A stretch of 39,320 nt of DNA from an uncultured Gammaproteobacteria bacterium (GCA_964536565.1 CAZHXK010000002.1:1-39320), one strand, 5' to 3'. Counted from the stretch's first letter, positions 1-10,384 are shown. Notes: generated by a model not told the origin, from the sequence alone. Numbers and translations are program-made.

Positions 1-21
1 AAAAAAAATGCAGAGAGCATT
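1..21 (-). terminator. possible intrinsic terminator after the 84..2156 gene
   Basis: The minus strand reads AATGC-TCTCT-GCATT followed by a T run (plus-strand A8 at 1-8). The stem is only 5 bp and the element touches the window edge. Confidence 0.3.
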
Positions 22-83
22 AGTGAGGGAATGATATATTTGAACATAGAGGTAGAATGCTATTTCCTCTATTGTAGCATATT

Positions 84-2156
84 TTATTCAGCCAGAAGAG
101 ACGTGCTTGTAAATACGTTGTTTGAAAGCGTAATAAGCTCAAGGTTTCCATCACCGTCAATGTCAGTAAGTTGTACGCGAGCACCCTGTGACGAATTAAC
201 TGATCCCGCAAAAAACTCTCGCTTGAGTGTTCCATTTCCTGAGAATACCTTCACGTGCGGTCCTCCACCCACTCCCGTACCTGTAATGATTTCACCATTT
301 CCAGCTGTCACAAAGACTCCGCCTCGAAAGTACGACATATATGTAAGCCATGAATTCAGATGCGTGTAGTTTTCAGACACAACATGCACACGAGGTACTG
401 CACCAGCTCCTGTTCCCAAAATAATTTCCGGAATGTTGTCATGATTGATGTCTGCTGCAGCAACATTTACTCCTACATACGAGGGAACCTGACGTACTCG
501 CTGCACGGGCCCGCGTTCTATACCAAAACGAGAATACACACGGTACTCTGGTGCGCCGGATACTCGCCCAATCACCAACTCTTTAATTCCATCATTTTCA
601 AAATCCGTAATCGCAAGAGAGAGCTCTCCGGTGTATCCCACGAACGGCTCCATAACACCCCGCAGCTTCGTACCACCACTCCATGTCTGCAGAAGTCCAT
701 TGTTTCCAGTTATCGTATCATCGATACCGTCGTTATCCAGATCAGCGATGAGCAACTGGGTTCCACCCTGAACCGCCTCATCGTAGGCGAAGAATCCGTT
801 ACGCTTCTTGGTTCCATCTACGTCATATACACGCACAAATGTTCCGTTGCTGTATCCGACGTTCTGGATTGAACCAAGTGGACGAAGAAGAATTTTCCCA
901 TCAAACCCATCAAGCTGCACAGACTCAACAATGCGTCCGTTATTGTGAACAGGATCTTGAATTCCTCGAATAGCCTCGAATTCACCCTGAAGATCGATGT
1001 ATTGTGATTCACCTGTCGCATTTACCACAGATACTCCATTAGCAAACTCGCGTTTCCATATGCCATCAGTAATGTTGTATTTCTCGTGATTGTCATGCTT
1101 CGCCTCACTCTTTGATGGTCCGAGATATGCGTCATATTCATCGTAGTGCCACGTTTCTGTATGAGTCGCATCCCCGCTATCAAAACTGTAATAGCCTTCG
1201 GTGAGTAGCGTACTCGTTAAACCGAATCGCATATGACGATAGTCCTGCTCGAAACCCGTGTTTGCTACATTTGTATTCAAAATTGAGACGTGTGGCTGCA
1301 TCGCCTTACTATCTGCCTCTCTTGTTTTATTTAAACCGTGTGCAAAACTGTCTTCGTCGAAATGTTCGTAAAGTGCACCATTAACATGTGGTGCGTACAC
1401 ATGGCCACCATTTCCAATTATGAGTGTGTTCGGATTAAGATATTTTGTCTTTTGAAACACCGCAACCATACCGTCACGCCATTGATTGTCGTTGTGAGGT
1501 CGTGTCAGATCGAGTCGTCCATTATTATCTAAATCCGTTCCCTGTGGCATGAACCACGAGATGTTGTCCCATGAGTTATCATAAAATACTCCGTCCCATA
1601 GACCAGTTGAAAGAATTTCATCGTTTACAAATTGCGGTAGAAAATCGTTCCACTTCTGTCCTCGTTCGTTTACTCCCGATCCCTCTGTGATATTCAAAAG
1701 ATATGTACCAGGCCACCAACTCATTCGATTTCCAGATGCATCTCTCAGCCACCATGAGTTATCAATAGAGTTGTATAGCTTATAACGAAGTGGCGCAGTT
1801 GTTGCTCGCGTTGGTGCATCGCGTCGAATCTCCTGTGATGTGATGTACGCCAAAATAGTAACATCAGGATTTTTACTTCGAATTCTCTTGATGAGTTGCG
1901 GTGAGTGATGTTGAACTTCCATATCCAACACAACCACATCCCACTGTGAGAGCGCATCTGCTTGTACTGTTGTCAGCTTCCACTCTAGGAAGACATTTGC
2001 GATTTTTGGGTAGTTATCTGTTAGCGCTGAGGTCTGCATCGGCACCATTGCCAACAAAAAAATGAGACCGAAAGTCCCACTCTTTAAGAAGGTGACTACT
2101 CTAGCTGTTTTTACGAGCTTTGATAGTTTTTTTGTATATGCCGACAAGCATTTCAT
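84..2156 (-). CDS. secreted protein: N-terminal glycoside-hydrolase-like (GHL/TIM-barrel type) domain plus C-terminal FG-GAP/VCBS-type repeats
   Basis: The long ORF is 84..2219 (GTG at 2219). I prefer the ATG at 2156: MKCLSAYTKKLSKLVKTARVVTFLKSGTFGLIFLLAMVPMQTSA looks like a signal peptide, and this start limits overlap with the upstream GT gene (stop at 2101). The C-terminal third has repeated Asp-rich blade motifs (IADLDNDGIDD, ITDFENDGIKE, AADINHDNIPE, LTDIDGDGNLE). Confidence 0.8.
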   Translation of the reverse strand: MKCLSAYTKKLSKLVKTARVVTFLKSGTFGLIFLLAMVPMQTSALTDNYPKIANVFLEWKLTTVQADALSQWDVVVLDMEVQHHSPQLIKRIRSKNPDVTILAYITSQEIRRDAPTRATTAPLRYKLYNSIDNSWWLRDASGNRMSWWPGTYLLNITEGSGVNERGQKWNDFLPQFVNDEILSTGLWDGVFYDNSWDNISWFMPQGTDLDNNGRLDLTRPHNDNQWRDGMVAVFQKTKYLNPNTLIIGNGGHVYAPHVNGALYEHFDEDSFAHGLNKTREADSKAMQPHVSILNTNVANTGFEQDYRHMRFGLTSTLLTEGYYSFDSGDATHTETWHYDEYDAYLGPSKSEAKHDNHEKYNITDGIWKREFANGVSVVNATGESQYIDLQGEFEAIRGIQDPVHNNGRIVESVQLDGFDGKILLRPLGSIQNVGYSNGTFVRVYDVDGTKKRNGFFAYDEAVQGGTQLLIADLDNDGIDDTITGNNGLLQTWSGGTKLRGVMEPFVGYTGELSLAITDFENDGIKELVIGRVSGAPEYRVYSRFGIERGPVQRVRQVPSYVGVNVAAADINHDNIPEIILGTGAGAVPRVHVVSENYTHLNSWLTYMSYFRGGVFVTAGNGEIITGTGVGGGPHVKVFSGNGTLKREFFAGSVNSSQGARVQLTDIDGDGNLELITLSNNVFTSTSLLAE

Positions 2157-3342
2157 AGTGCTTTTCAGGATCATTTGTGGTTTCAACCTGTTTGCGTGCT
2201 TTTTCACCCATTTTCTCACTTAAAGGCTTACTATAGCACAATTTTCGGGTTTTGTCAATCCATTGGGCCATATCTTGGTGGTCGCATAAGAAGCCTGTTT
2301 TGCCATCGATAATCATCTCAGGGATACCTCCCAATCGCGATCCTATAGCAGCACGACCGTGTGCAAACATCTCCAGTAATGACAGCGGATAATTCTCATA
2401 CCATTGTGACGGAATGAGCAAAAAAGAAGCACTATCTCGCAGCTTTTTGAGTCGCGCTTTCGACACATGTCCATGTAGTTTTACATTGCCGAGCTTCTGA
2501 CTTTTGATGGTGTACTCCACATGAGTTCGCAATGGCCCATCTCCCGCAACGTCAAACGTGATATCTGGAAATTCCTTAGCTATCTTCAATACCACATCAA
2601 TCCCCTTTTCATCAGCCAGTCGCCCTGCATACAGAACATGCTTGCCAGGCTTAGTGATTTTTCCACTCACTTCCATACCATAATGAAGTACGTCGATATT
2701 TTTTGGAGTTCTCCCCCATTCGACATGCTTCTTTTTCATGAAGGCACTTGGAGCAATGAATCTATCGATGTAGTTGTCGTACCAGCCAAATACTGATTGT
2801 GCGTACATTTCAGTCGCGACAACAGCAGATGCCGCCTTAGAATTGAAAACGCATTTGAATTTTACAGCGTTGTAATACTTACGTCCTTTGCATCGTTCGC
2901 AAATGCTCCCCTGTGTGAACATGGCATGATTTGGACACAGACGCTTGTAATCGTGGAGTGTTTGTACAACAGGAATATTGTGACGACGAAGCACACCAAG
3001 AATGCTCGGCGATAGGTGATGGTAGATGTTGTGGATGTGAGCTATATCAAACTCTTCGTCTTGCAAAAGCTGGTCTAGTTTTTTTGCAGCTTCTTTCGCG
3101 TAAATGATATTGAGCGCCTCCTTAATTTTTGCCGGTGAAAGTTTCTTCTTATAGTCCTCGTTAGAAATATTCCGCTCTTTGATGAAGTACTTCTTGTATC
3201 GTGTCTTGATATTATTCTTATGATCCATCCCAAAATAACTCACGTCGTGACCATGTTTTTTGAGTGCATCTGCAATATCAATCGCGTAAACGTCTGCTCC
3301 ACCATGCCGATACCAGAATTTGTTTATTTGGAGAATCTTCAT
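2101..3342 (-). CDS. glycosyltransferase family 4 (GT-B fold)
   Basis: 413-aa ORF. The N-terminus MKILQINKFWYRHGGADVY and the C-terminal GGIPEMIIDGKTGFL motif are typical of GT4/GT1-type enzymes. There is an ATGA overlap with the next gene. Confidence 0.88.
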   Translation of the reverse strand: MKILQINKFWYRHGGADVYAIDIADALKKHGHDVSYFGMDHKNNIKTRYKKYFIKERNISNEDYKKKLSPAKIKEALNIIYAKEAAKKLDQLLQDEEFDIAHIHNIYHHLSPSILGVLRRHNIPVVQTLHDYKRLCPNHAMFTQGSICERCKGRKYYNAVKFKCVFNSKAASAVVATEMYAQSVFGWYDNYIDRFIAPSAFMKKKHVEWGRTPKNIDVLHYGMEVSGKITKPGKHVLYAGRLADEKGIDVVLKIAKEFPDITFDVAGDGPLRTHVEYTIKSQKLGNVKLHGHVSKARLKKLRDSASFLLIPSQWYENYPLSLLEMFAHGRAAIGSRLGGIPEMIIDGKTGFLCDHQDMAQWIDKTRKLCYSKPLSEKMGEKARKQVETTNDPEKHYEMLVGIYKKTIKARKNS

Positions 3343-3863
3343 ATGATATATCTATACACCGGAACATCTTCCTTGGTGGGCTTGTCGATCACATCTGGCT
3401 CCCACGGGTCGATTTTAAATACATACGAGACAATTCGTGTCCCTGACTTGCAGGACTCAATTAGTTTTTGTGCAAGTTTATTTTTCATTTGTGCTGGCAT
3501 ACCAAACGTATACACCACATCTGCATCACTAAGATCAGATTTGAAACAACTCTCATGTCGCACCGTGAACCGATCCTTCTTCCCCATCTTCTTTCGTATC
3601 TGCGAGACCAGCGCAAGAGGCCACGCTCGTTCAATACCAATAATATCCGCCTCGCTGTTGTCATGCATGTACAAGCTCACACGCCCATTTCCACATCCAA
3701 TTTCATACACTTTTTCTCCTGGCTGTGCATCTATAAGTTTGTGGATGCGACTCAAGTCTTTGGCGCGAGCAGGAACCCATGGCGCGAGCGAATGTCCTGC
3801 TATCCCCAGCGACAAAAGAATGAGAAATACGATTACAAGAATGACAAACAGAAATATGTTCAT
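3339..3863 (-). CDS. class I SAM-dependent methyltransferase with N-terminal membrane anchor
   Basis: 174-aa ORF with a hydrophobic N-terminus (IFLFVILVIVFLILLSLGIAG) and SAM motif I YEIGCGNGRVS. It is tightly packed between two GT4 genes. Confidence 0.8.
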   Translation of the reverse strand: MNIFLFVILVIVFLILLSLGIAGHSLAPWVPARAKDLSRIHKLIDAQPGEKVYEIGCGNGRVSLYMHDNSEADIIGIERAWPLALVSQIRKKMGKKDRFTVRHESCFKSDLSDADVVYTFGMPAQMKNKLAQKLIESCKSGTRIVSYVFKIDPWEPDVIDKPTKEDVPVYRYII

Positions 3864-3864
3864 A

Positions 3865-5061
3865 TTAGCTTTTCACCTCGTCAGTAATAATCTTTTTGAG
3901 CGTATCGCCTGCCCGTGTCCATGTATATTCCTCACAAACTAAGTCTCGAGCTTTCTTTGGTAGGTTTTTTACATTCACCCCTGTTTCGATGAACCATCTT
4001 ATTCCCTTTTCAATTGCTTCGGGCTGGGATGAATCGAAAAGTAACCGCTTATCAAGTTTCGATAAAATCTCTGAGGTCGCGCCAACCGGTGTACCAAGAA
4101 CTGGTAATCCAGATGACAATGCTTCTAGCGTGGCTATTCCCAAACCTTCATATGCTCGAGTCGAAAGCACAAAACAATCAGATGCTTGATAGAACATATG
4201 TAGATCCTCTTCCTTGACGCGCCCCGTCAGAGTAATAGTATCTTCCAAGTCCATACGCTTGATCAGCTTCTCCAGCGGCTCCTTCAGAGGCCCATCACCA
4301 ACAATATATACTTTCAGATTCGGATAGTCTGGGGCAAGCTGCTTCACCGCTTTGATGAAATTTTTGAGCCCCATGCGCGGCACAAGACGGCGTACCGTAA
4401 GTAGGACGAACCTGTCTTCTGGAATTCCGATAATCGATCTGATAATGTTTTTTGCTTTTGTTGGAATGAAACGCTTTGCATCGATTCCTGTTGGAATCTG
4501 TAACGTCCTCTTTTTAGTAAATGGATAAATCCTGTTTACTAGCTTCTTGGAGTACTCCGATAATACGAGTACACGATCAGATCTTCGAAGTGTCTTCGTT
4601 TCTATATCCTCAAGCCATTTAATAAACGCCCAGCTGAAAATACGCTTCCATCCACCCTTACCTGTGATCCCTTGAAATTTTACTTCCTTTGGAACGGACG
4701 CATGGAACATATACAACACAGGAATACCTTCATATCGTTTTGTGTATACGTGTCCAATAGTCGGCTGATGAATGATAACAGCATCTGGCTGAACCTCTTT
4801 CATCACATCAGCAAGCAGATCAGCAGCTTGCGTGACATCCACGTAGCTTTGTCCGAGCGCATGTATGTGCCCAGTTCCATATCGACGAACCTGGACACCC
4901 TGAATAGTCTCCTTTTTCTTTGCAGTTGGTGTTCTTTTGGGAACGACTGCAGTAACTTTAAACCCGCGATCAGCCAGCTCTCGCGCTTGCTCAAAAGCAA
5001 CACGAGCACTACCCCCCAGACTATCCGGGAAAAATTGTTGTGCCAAAATCAGTATGTTCAT
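3865..5061 (-). CDS. glycosyltransferase family 4
   Basis: 398-aa ORF. MNILILAQQFFPDSLGGSARV and EGLGIATLEALSSGLPVLGTPVGATSEIL are typical of the GT4 C-terminal domain. Confidence 0.88.
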   Translation of the reverse strand: MNILILAQQFFPDSLGGSARVAFEQARELADRGFKVTAVVPKRTPTAKKKETIQGVQVRRYGTGHIHALGQSYVDVTQAADLLADVMKEVQPDAVIIHQPTIGHVYTKRYEGIPVLYMFHASVPKEVKFQGITGKGGWKRIFSWAFIKWLEDIETKTLRRSDRVLVLSEYSKKLVNRIYPFTKKRTLQIPTGIDAKRFIPTKAKNIIRSIIGIPEDRFVLLTVRRLVPRMGLKNFIKAVKQLAPDYPNLKVYIVGDGPLKEPLEKLIKRMDLEDTITLTGRVKEEDLHMFYQASDCFVLSTRAYEGLGIATLEALSSGLPVLGTPVGATSEILSKLDKRLLFDSSQPEAIEKGIRWFIETGVNVKNLPKKARDLVCEEYTWTRAGDTLKKIITDEVKS

Positions 5062-6467
5062 GTTTTTGTATTAAACTTCCACTTTCCGTACAAGACCACC
5101 CACGCAAGACCAACCGGGAACCATAACTTAGCATTAAAATACGATGTGTTAAATACCTGAAATGCGAGCGCACCAATCAGTGTGATATATGTAGCGAGTA
5201 TGAGGTTGCGATAATCTTTATTTTGAGACTCATGCCACGTGCGTGCCAATAGAAACAGCATGCGCATGAAGAACATAATGAAGAACACGAGGCCAATAAT
5301 TCCTGTCTCAAATAACAGTTTTTGCCCAAATCCATGAGCTTCGATCGGCCCACCATATTCGAGACTAAATGCAGTAGAGAGCCCAAGCGTAGGAATGAAC
5401 GTGCCGATACCACGCCCGATCCATGGTGTTTGTGCTGCCTGAATGAGCGAGAATCTTGTGAGGTCGAGTCGCGAGTCTGTCGATAGCTTCACAAAATCAC
5501 TTGCTGAAAAGATTGCCATATAACTCACTAATATTGCTCCCACAATGAGTAGTGGCCATGCACGGAGTAGTTTGTGAGACAAGTCGCGCGGTCTTATAAA
5601 CCACCATAATGCAATTAACTGTACCACCAAGACAATCCAAGCTGTTCTACCAAATGTGAGAAGTGTAATGATAATCATTGAAATACCTGCAAGCATGTAC
5701 CACTTTTTGAAATGCTCGTGCGTGTGCGTAGCAACGTAAAAAGTTAACGGAATAGTCGTAACGAGAAATTCAGACAGCAGGTTATGGTTTGTACCAATCG
5801 GAGCGATTCCTGCAAACACGAATGGCGATACTCGCCGCCATATTCCCCAGAACGGTTCACCTACAAAGAGCGATATTGCGCCGAATATAGCGACTAGAAT
5901 TCCTGACCATACAAACACATGAATTATGGTGCGAAGATGTTTCTTTGTTCTGACCATCCAGAATGGAAGTGCGACAAACGCAATGTATGTAAACAACACA
6001 AACCTCATGAAGTACTGGAGGCTGACCATTTGCATGTCTCGAGGTGCCCGGAAAATTGAAAGTATTGCAACAAGTAAAAACGGGACGTACCACTTAAACG
6101 CCGGGAGGTGATCTTTAATATGATGATATATATGCTTTACTCTTTCGTAGTGCACGAGATACATGCCAAATACGATCGTAATCGTCAGTGCAATAAAATC
6201 TCCAATTGGCGCGTCCCAAACACCGATAAAAGGAAGTGACCGAAGAAAAGCAAATTCGCTAAAGTTAAATGTAAGCCCGACAAAGGGGATGAGAAAAATA
6301 GTCAGGTAGAGCAATGGATATTTGAATGCCCATGTAATAACGACGAGCGTAATGACACCAAATATTGACAGCGCGTATTCTGCAGGAAGAAAGGATAATA
6401 TTGCAGCAAAGCCAATAAGGCCCATTACAGCGGTTGCTTTACGCATGGGGTGAGACGCGGTGTTCAT
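5058..6467 (-). CDS. O-antigen ligase / polymerase-like (Wzy_C-type) polytopic membrane protein
   Basis: 469-aa ORF that is almost entirely hydrophobic helices. It has a large loop containing TPWIGRGIGTF, which is typical of O-antigen ligase-like proteins. It overlaps the downstream GT4 gene by 4 nt. Confidence 0.75.
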   Translation of the reverse strand: MNTASHPMRKATAVMGLIGFAAILSFLPAEYALSIFGVITLVVITWAFKYPLLYLTIFLIPFVGLTFNFSEFAFLRSLPFIGVWDAPIGDFIALTITIVFGMYLVHYERVKHIYHHIKDHLPAFKWYVPFLLVAILSIFRAPRDMQMVSLQYFMRFVLFTYIAFVALPFWMVRTKKHLRTIIHVFVWSGILVAIFGAISLFVGEPFWGIWRRVSPFVFAGIAPIGTNHNLLSEFLVTTIPLTFYVATHTHEHFKKWYMLAGISMIIITLLTFGRTAWIVLVVQLIALWWFIRPRDLSHKLLRAWPLLIVGAILVSYMAIFSASDFVKLSTDSRLDLTRFSLIQAAQTPWIGRGIGTFIPTLGLSTAFSLEYGGPIEAHGFGQKLLFETGIIGLVFFIMFFMRMLFLLARTWHESQNKDYRNLILATYITLIGALAFQVFNTSYFNAKLWFPVGLAWVVLYGKWKFNTKT

Positions 6468-6532
6468 AGTTTGGTATTATAGCTTGTTTTGGTGAATAAA
6501 TAAACTCTACTCACATCCTTATGCCCGCAATT

Positions 6533-6559
6533 AAAAAAGCCCACGTATGTAACGTGAGC
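6533..6559 (-). terminator. intrinsic terminator after the 37-codon ORF
   Basis: The minus strand reads GCTCACGT-TACAT-ACGTGGGC followed by TTTTTT (plus-strand A6 at 6533-6538). Confidence 0.5.
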
Positions 6560-6573
6560 ATTGTTCCTACATC

Positions 6574-6687
6574 TCATCGGTTGATATCATTATAGATATC
6601 AGACGGATCATGACTGTATAAATTGCATAACGACAGGAGTATCCAAATCGCGATGCATGTCATGAAAATATCAATTGCTAATTCCAT
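6574..6687 (-). CDS. small hydrophobic peptide (37 aa), stand-alone transcription unit
   Basis: Not in the ORF track because it is under 60 aa. My translation is MELAIDIFMTCIAIWILLSLCNLYSHDPSDIYNDINR*. GAGAGGGGAG lies 4 nt upstream of the ATG. It has its own TTGACA-17-TAGTTT promoter and a downstream terminator. Confidence 0.5.
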   Translation of the reverse strand: MELAIDIFMTCIAIWILLSLCNLYSHDPSDIYNDINR

Positions 6688-6723
6688 TGTACTCCCCTCT
6701 CTGAGCACTCTACACTTATTACA

Positions 6724-6752
6724 AAACTACATCTCCAGCACCCTTCTGTCAA
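6724..6752 (-). promoter_or_regulatory. sigma70-type promoter for the small peptide gene
   Basis: On the minus strand, TTGACA (6752..6747), a 17-nt spacer, then TAGTTT (6729..6724). Confidence 0.45.
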
Positions 6753-6809
6753 TACAGAAAGGTCACTCAAGTATCTCCGCTATTTTTAAGTACCCTGCTT
6801 TCAAAGATT

Positions 6810-6838
6810 AAAAAGCCCTACTTCCGTAGAAGTAGGGC
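6810..6838 (-). terminator. intrinsic terminator of the Cys-rich lipoprotein gene
   Basis: A perfect 10-bp stem GCCCTACTTC/GAAGTAGGGC (6815-6824 / 6829-6838) with a 4-nt loop. It is followed on the minus strand by TTTTT and lies 9 nt after the stop codon. Confidence 0.8.
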
Positions 6839-6846
6839 AGTTGATT

Positions 6847-8757
6847 CTAGTCTCCGCAGGCCGCGTTGTCCTGAGGATCGAGGGCACAATAGCCGCCGTC
6901 CTCATCGCAGTCAGGAGTACCGTTTCCGTCGTAGTCGCCACCACAGAGGATGCAACCAGATGCCGGACCGAAACACACGAAGGCATTAGCCGTAAAGAAC
7001 GGGTCAGGTACCGGACGTGGGTCCATGAAGATGTCGTATGCAACCTCGACTCCTTCAAAGAAGAAGCGAAGCTTACCACATTGATCCGACAGAACCGCAC
7101 CACTCGTATCGCCGTCGACGAAGAGCAGATCATTTCCGTCCAAACCATCGAGATCGAACTCGATGTTGAAGCGGTGTAGACCAGCAAGGCCGCCAGACGT
7201 CGAGGAGTATACCGTATCAGTCGAAAGACCGAGGCCGGGATTCAGCGGCTTGTATGATGGGAACGAGACACTTTCGAAGTCATCGTGCACCACCGGGCCA
7301 CCAAACGAACATGCGCCAGTCGACTTGAAGGTCACCAACACACTACCAGAAACCGTCGGGTTACATTCGAGCTCGTCTTGCAGCCCGTTGCAATTGTCGT
7401 CGGTTGCGTTACCGCACCACTCCGGCTGAGCCGGATTGATGTTTGCATTGGAATCGTCACAGTCTGCGCCTTTGGCACAGCCTTCGCCGAAGCCGTCGTT
7501 ATCCTCGTCAGTGCAAGGAACCACACAATCCTCGTCTGCTTCCCCGTCACAGTTGTTGTCGGCTTCATCGAAGCAGACCTCAGTAACTGGAACGGTTTCA
7601 CCAAGACAGTCAGTCAGCTCGCCGAGCGCACAGACTTGCACACCATCGCCGCACGTACCCACACCAGACGTACCATCGGCACCGGTATAGCATGCAACTT
7701 GAAGTGCCTTGCCGTCGTCCCCTTCGTCAGCGACCGCATCGCAGTCATTGTCTTTGGAGTCGCAGGTCTCAGCCGCAGGGACCGTCTCGCCTACACAGCT
7801 TCCAAACGCACCATCAGCGCAGGTTTGCGTACCACCAGTACACTCACCCACATCTTCAGTTCCGTCTGGGCCGTTATAGCAATCTTGAGTCAATGCATCG
7901 CCGGCATCATCCTCATCGGATGCGCCGTCACAGTCATTGTCGAGTGAGTCACATGTCTCAGGCGACGGATCGCCAGGAGTCACACTACACACCTCACCGT
8001 TTTGCTCAGCGTTGCAGACAACCGTACCCGTGTTCTCGCACTCGCCAGTTCCGACCGTACAACCCGTTCCCAGGTTCGCAAAGTCTTCATCAGCAGCCCC
8101 GTCACAGTCATTGTCGTCACCGTCACATACGTCAGAGCTCGGCACAACTTCGCCATTGCAACTTCCGAATGCAGCGTCAGAACACGTCTGCGTTCCGCCA
8201 ACACACTCGCCTACGTCCTGAGTACCATCGGCACCATTGTAGCAGTCTTGCGTGAGCGGCTGACCAGCCTGATCTTCGTCGACCAGACCTTCGCAGCTGT
8301 TATCGAGACCGTCACAGACCTCCGGAGAGATCTTGAGAAGCGCCTCGAATTCGCAGTCGCTCGGAGAGCCACCAACACAGTTCTCAACCGTCGTCAGGCA
8401 CTCGCCCACACCACACGTGGTCTGGCCGAGTCCTTCATCTACTGCGTTATCGCAGTTGTTGTCCGCGCCATCGCACACTTCGTCACTCGGCGTGACCTCA
8501 CCTTCGCAGTCGGTGTACACACCGCCAACACAGGCTTGAACGCCGAACTTGCACGCACCGACACCAGCAGTGCCAGCCTCGCCAGTGTAACACTGGACAG
8601 ACGCACCATTTTCGTCGCACGCAGTGCCTGGCTCACCAGGCTCGAGAGCGCCTAAGGATTGCCCCAGCGCATTGCTGGGCAATGCGCCCGGCTCAATGTC
8701 TTGAGCACATCCGACGATGAGCACGCTTACTGCCAAAAGAAAAACCAGATATCGCAT
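6847..8757 (-). CDS. Cys/Asp-rich repeat lipoprotein (MopE-like putative metal-binding CDGxDNDCDGxxDE repeats)
   Basis: 636-aa ORF with a lipobox-type signal (MRYLVFLLAVSVLIVGC) and GGGAGG 6 nt upstream of the ATG. About 6 copies of a unit CY.G.DGT..VG.C..G.Q.C..G.F..C.GE..P..E.CD..DN.CD...DE are present. It is visibly GC-richer with GC-ending codons compared with its neighbours. Confidence 0.85.
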   Translation of the reverse strand: MRYLVFLLAVSVLIVGCAQDIEPGALPSNALGQSLGALEPGEPGTACDENGASVQCYTGEAGTAGVGACKFGVQACVGGVYTDCEGEVTPSDEVCDGADNNCDNAVDEGLGQTTCGVGECLTTVENCVGGSPSDCEFEALLKISPEVCDGLDNSCEGLVDEDQAGQPLTQDCYNGADGTQDVGECVGGTQTCSDAAFGSCNGEVVPSSDVCDGDDNDCDGAADEDFANLGTGCTVGTGECENTGTVVCNAEQNGEVCSVTPGDPSPETCDSLDNDCDGASDEDDAGDALTQDCYNGPDGTEDVGECTGGTQTCADGAFGSCVGETVPAAETCDSKDNDCDAVADEGDDGKALQVACYTGADGTSGVGTCGDGVQVCALGELTDCLGETVPVTEVCFDEADNNCDGEADEDCVVPCTDEDNDGFGEGCAKGADCDDSNANINPAQPEWCGNATDDNCNGLQDELECNPTVSGSVLVTFKSTGACSFGGPVVHDDFESVSFPSYKPLNPGLGLSTDTVYSSTSGGLAGLHRFNIEFDLDGLDGNDLLFVDGDTSGAVLSDQCGKLRFFFEGVEVAYDIFMDPRPVPDPFFTANAFVCFGPASGCILCGGDYDGNGTPDCDEDGGYCALDPQDNAACGD

Positions 8758-8861
8758 TGTTGCCTCCCAAATTTAGGCTTTTTCTGAACTGAGAACCGGA
8801 ATGTGTCGTTAAAGATTATTGTCAAAGTGCTTCACTCCCGTCTTATCGGAGTGAATGCAAC

Positions 8862-8890
8862 AGTTAATCATATGTGTCATATATTGTCAA
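8862..8890 (-). promoter_or_regulatory. candidate promoter of the Cys-rich lipoprotein gene
   Basis: On the minus strand, TTGACA (8890..8885), a 17-nt spacer, then TTAACT (8867..8862). This leaves a roughly 100-nt leader containing an 8-bp hairpin (TTCACTCC / GGAGTGAA). Confidence 0.35.
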
Positions 8891-8923
8891 TAGCATTTAC
8901 ACGACAAAAAATGCACTTAATTT

Positions 8924-8951
8924 ACAAAAAAATCCCCGACTTTGCGGGGAT
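8924..8951 (-). terminator. intrinsic terminator of purA
   Basis: A 7-bp stem ATCCCCG/CGGGGAT (8932-8938 / 8945-8951) followed by a T7 run on the minus strand, directly after the purA stop. Confidence 0.75.
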
Positions 8952-8957
8952 CAGTTA

Positions 8958-10274
<1,317 letters not shown>

Positions 10275-10276
10275 TC

Positions 10277-10305
10277 AGAATATCAGCCCGTCTGAATCCT
10301 GTCAA
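10277..10305 (-). promoter_or_regulatory. sigma70-type promoter of purA
   Basis: On the minus strand, TTGACA (10305..10300), a 17-nt spacer, then TATTCT (10282..10277), followed by a strong SD. Confidence 0.5.
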
Positions 10306-10306
10306 T

Positions 10307-10330
10307 ACAAAAAACCGCCTTTTGAGCGGT
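10307..10330 (-). terminator. intrinsic terminator after the membrane-protein gene / nrd operon
   Basis: A short stem ACCGC/GCGGT (10314-10318 / 10326-10330) followed by TTTTTT on the minus strand, immediately before the purA -35 box. Confidence 0.5.
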
Positions 10331-10384
10331 CTTTTGGTATGCAATTACGTCCCAGATTAACACGATTAAAGACGTTCGTCAAAT

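Noticed and set aside
6841-8655. Many long ORFs on both strands overlapping the Cys-rich lipoprotein gene (for example 7285..7947 +, 7692..8255 +, 8002..8655 +, 6801..7187 -).
   Set aside because: They are a by-product of high GC and biased codon usage in the real gene. Their translations are low-complexity (Ser/Arg/Thr/His runs), and they lack start-site signals.
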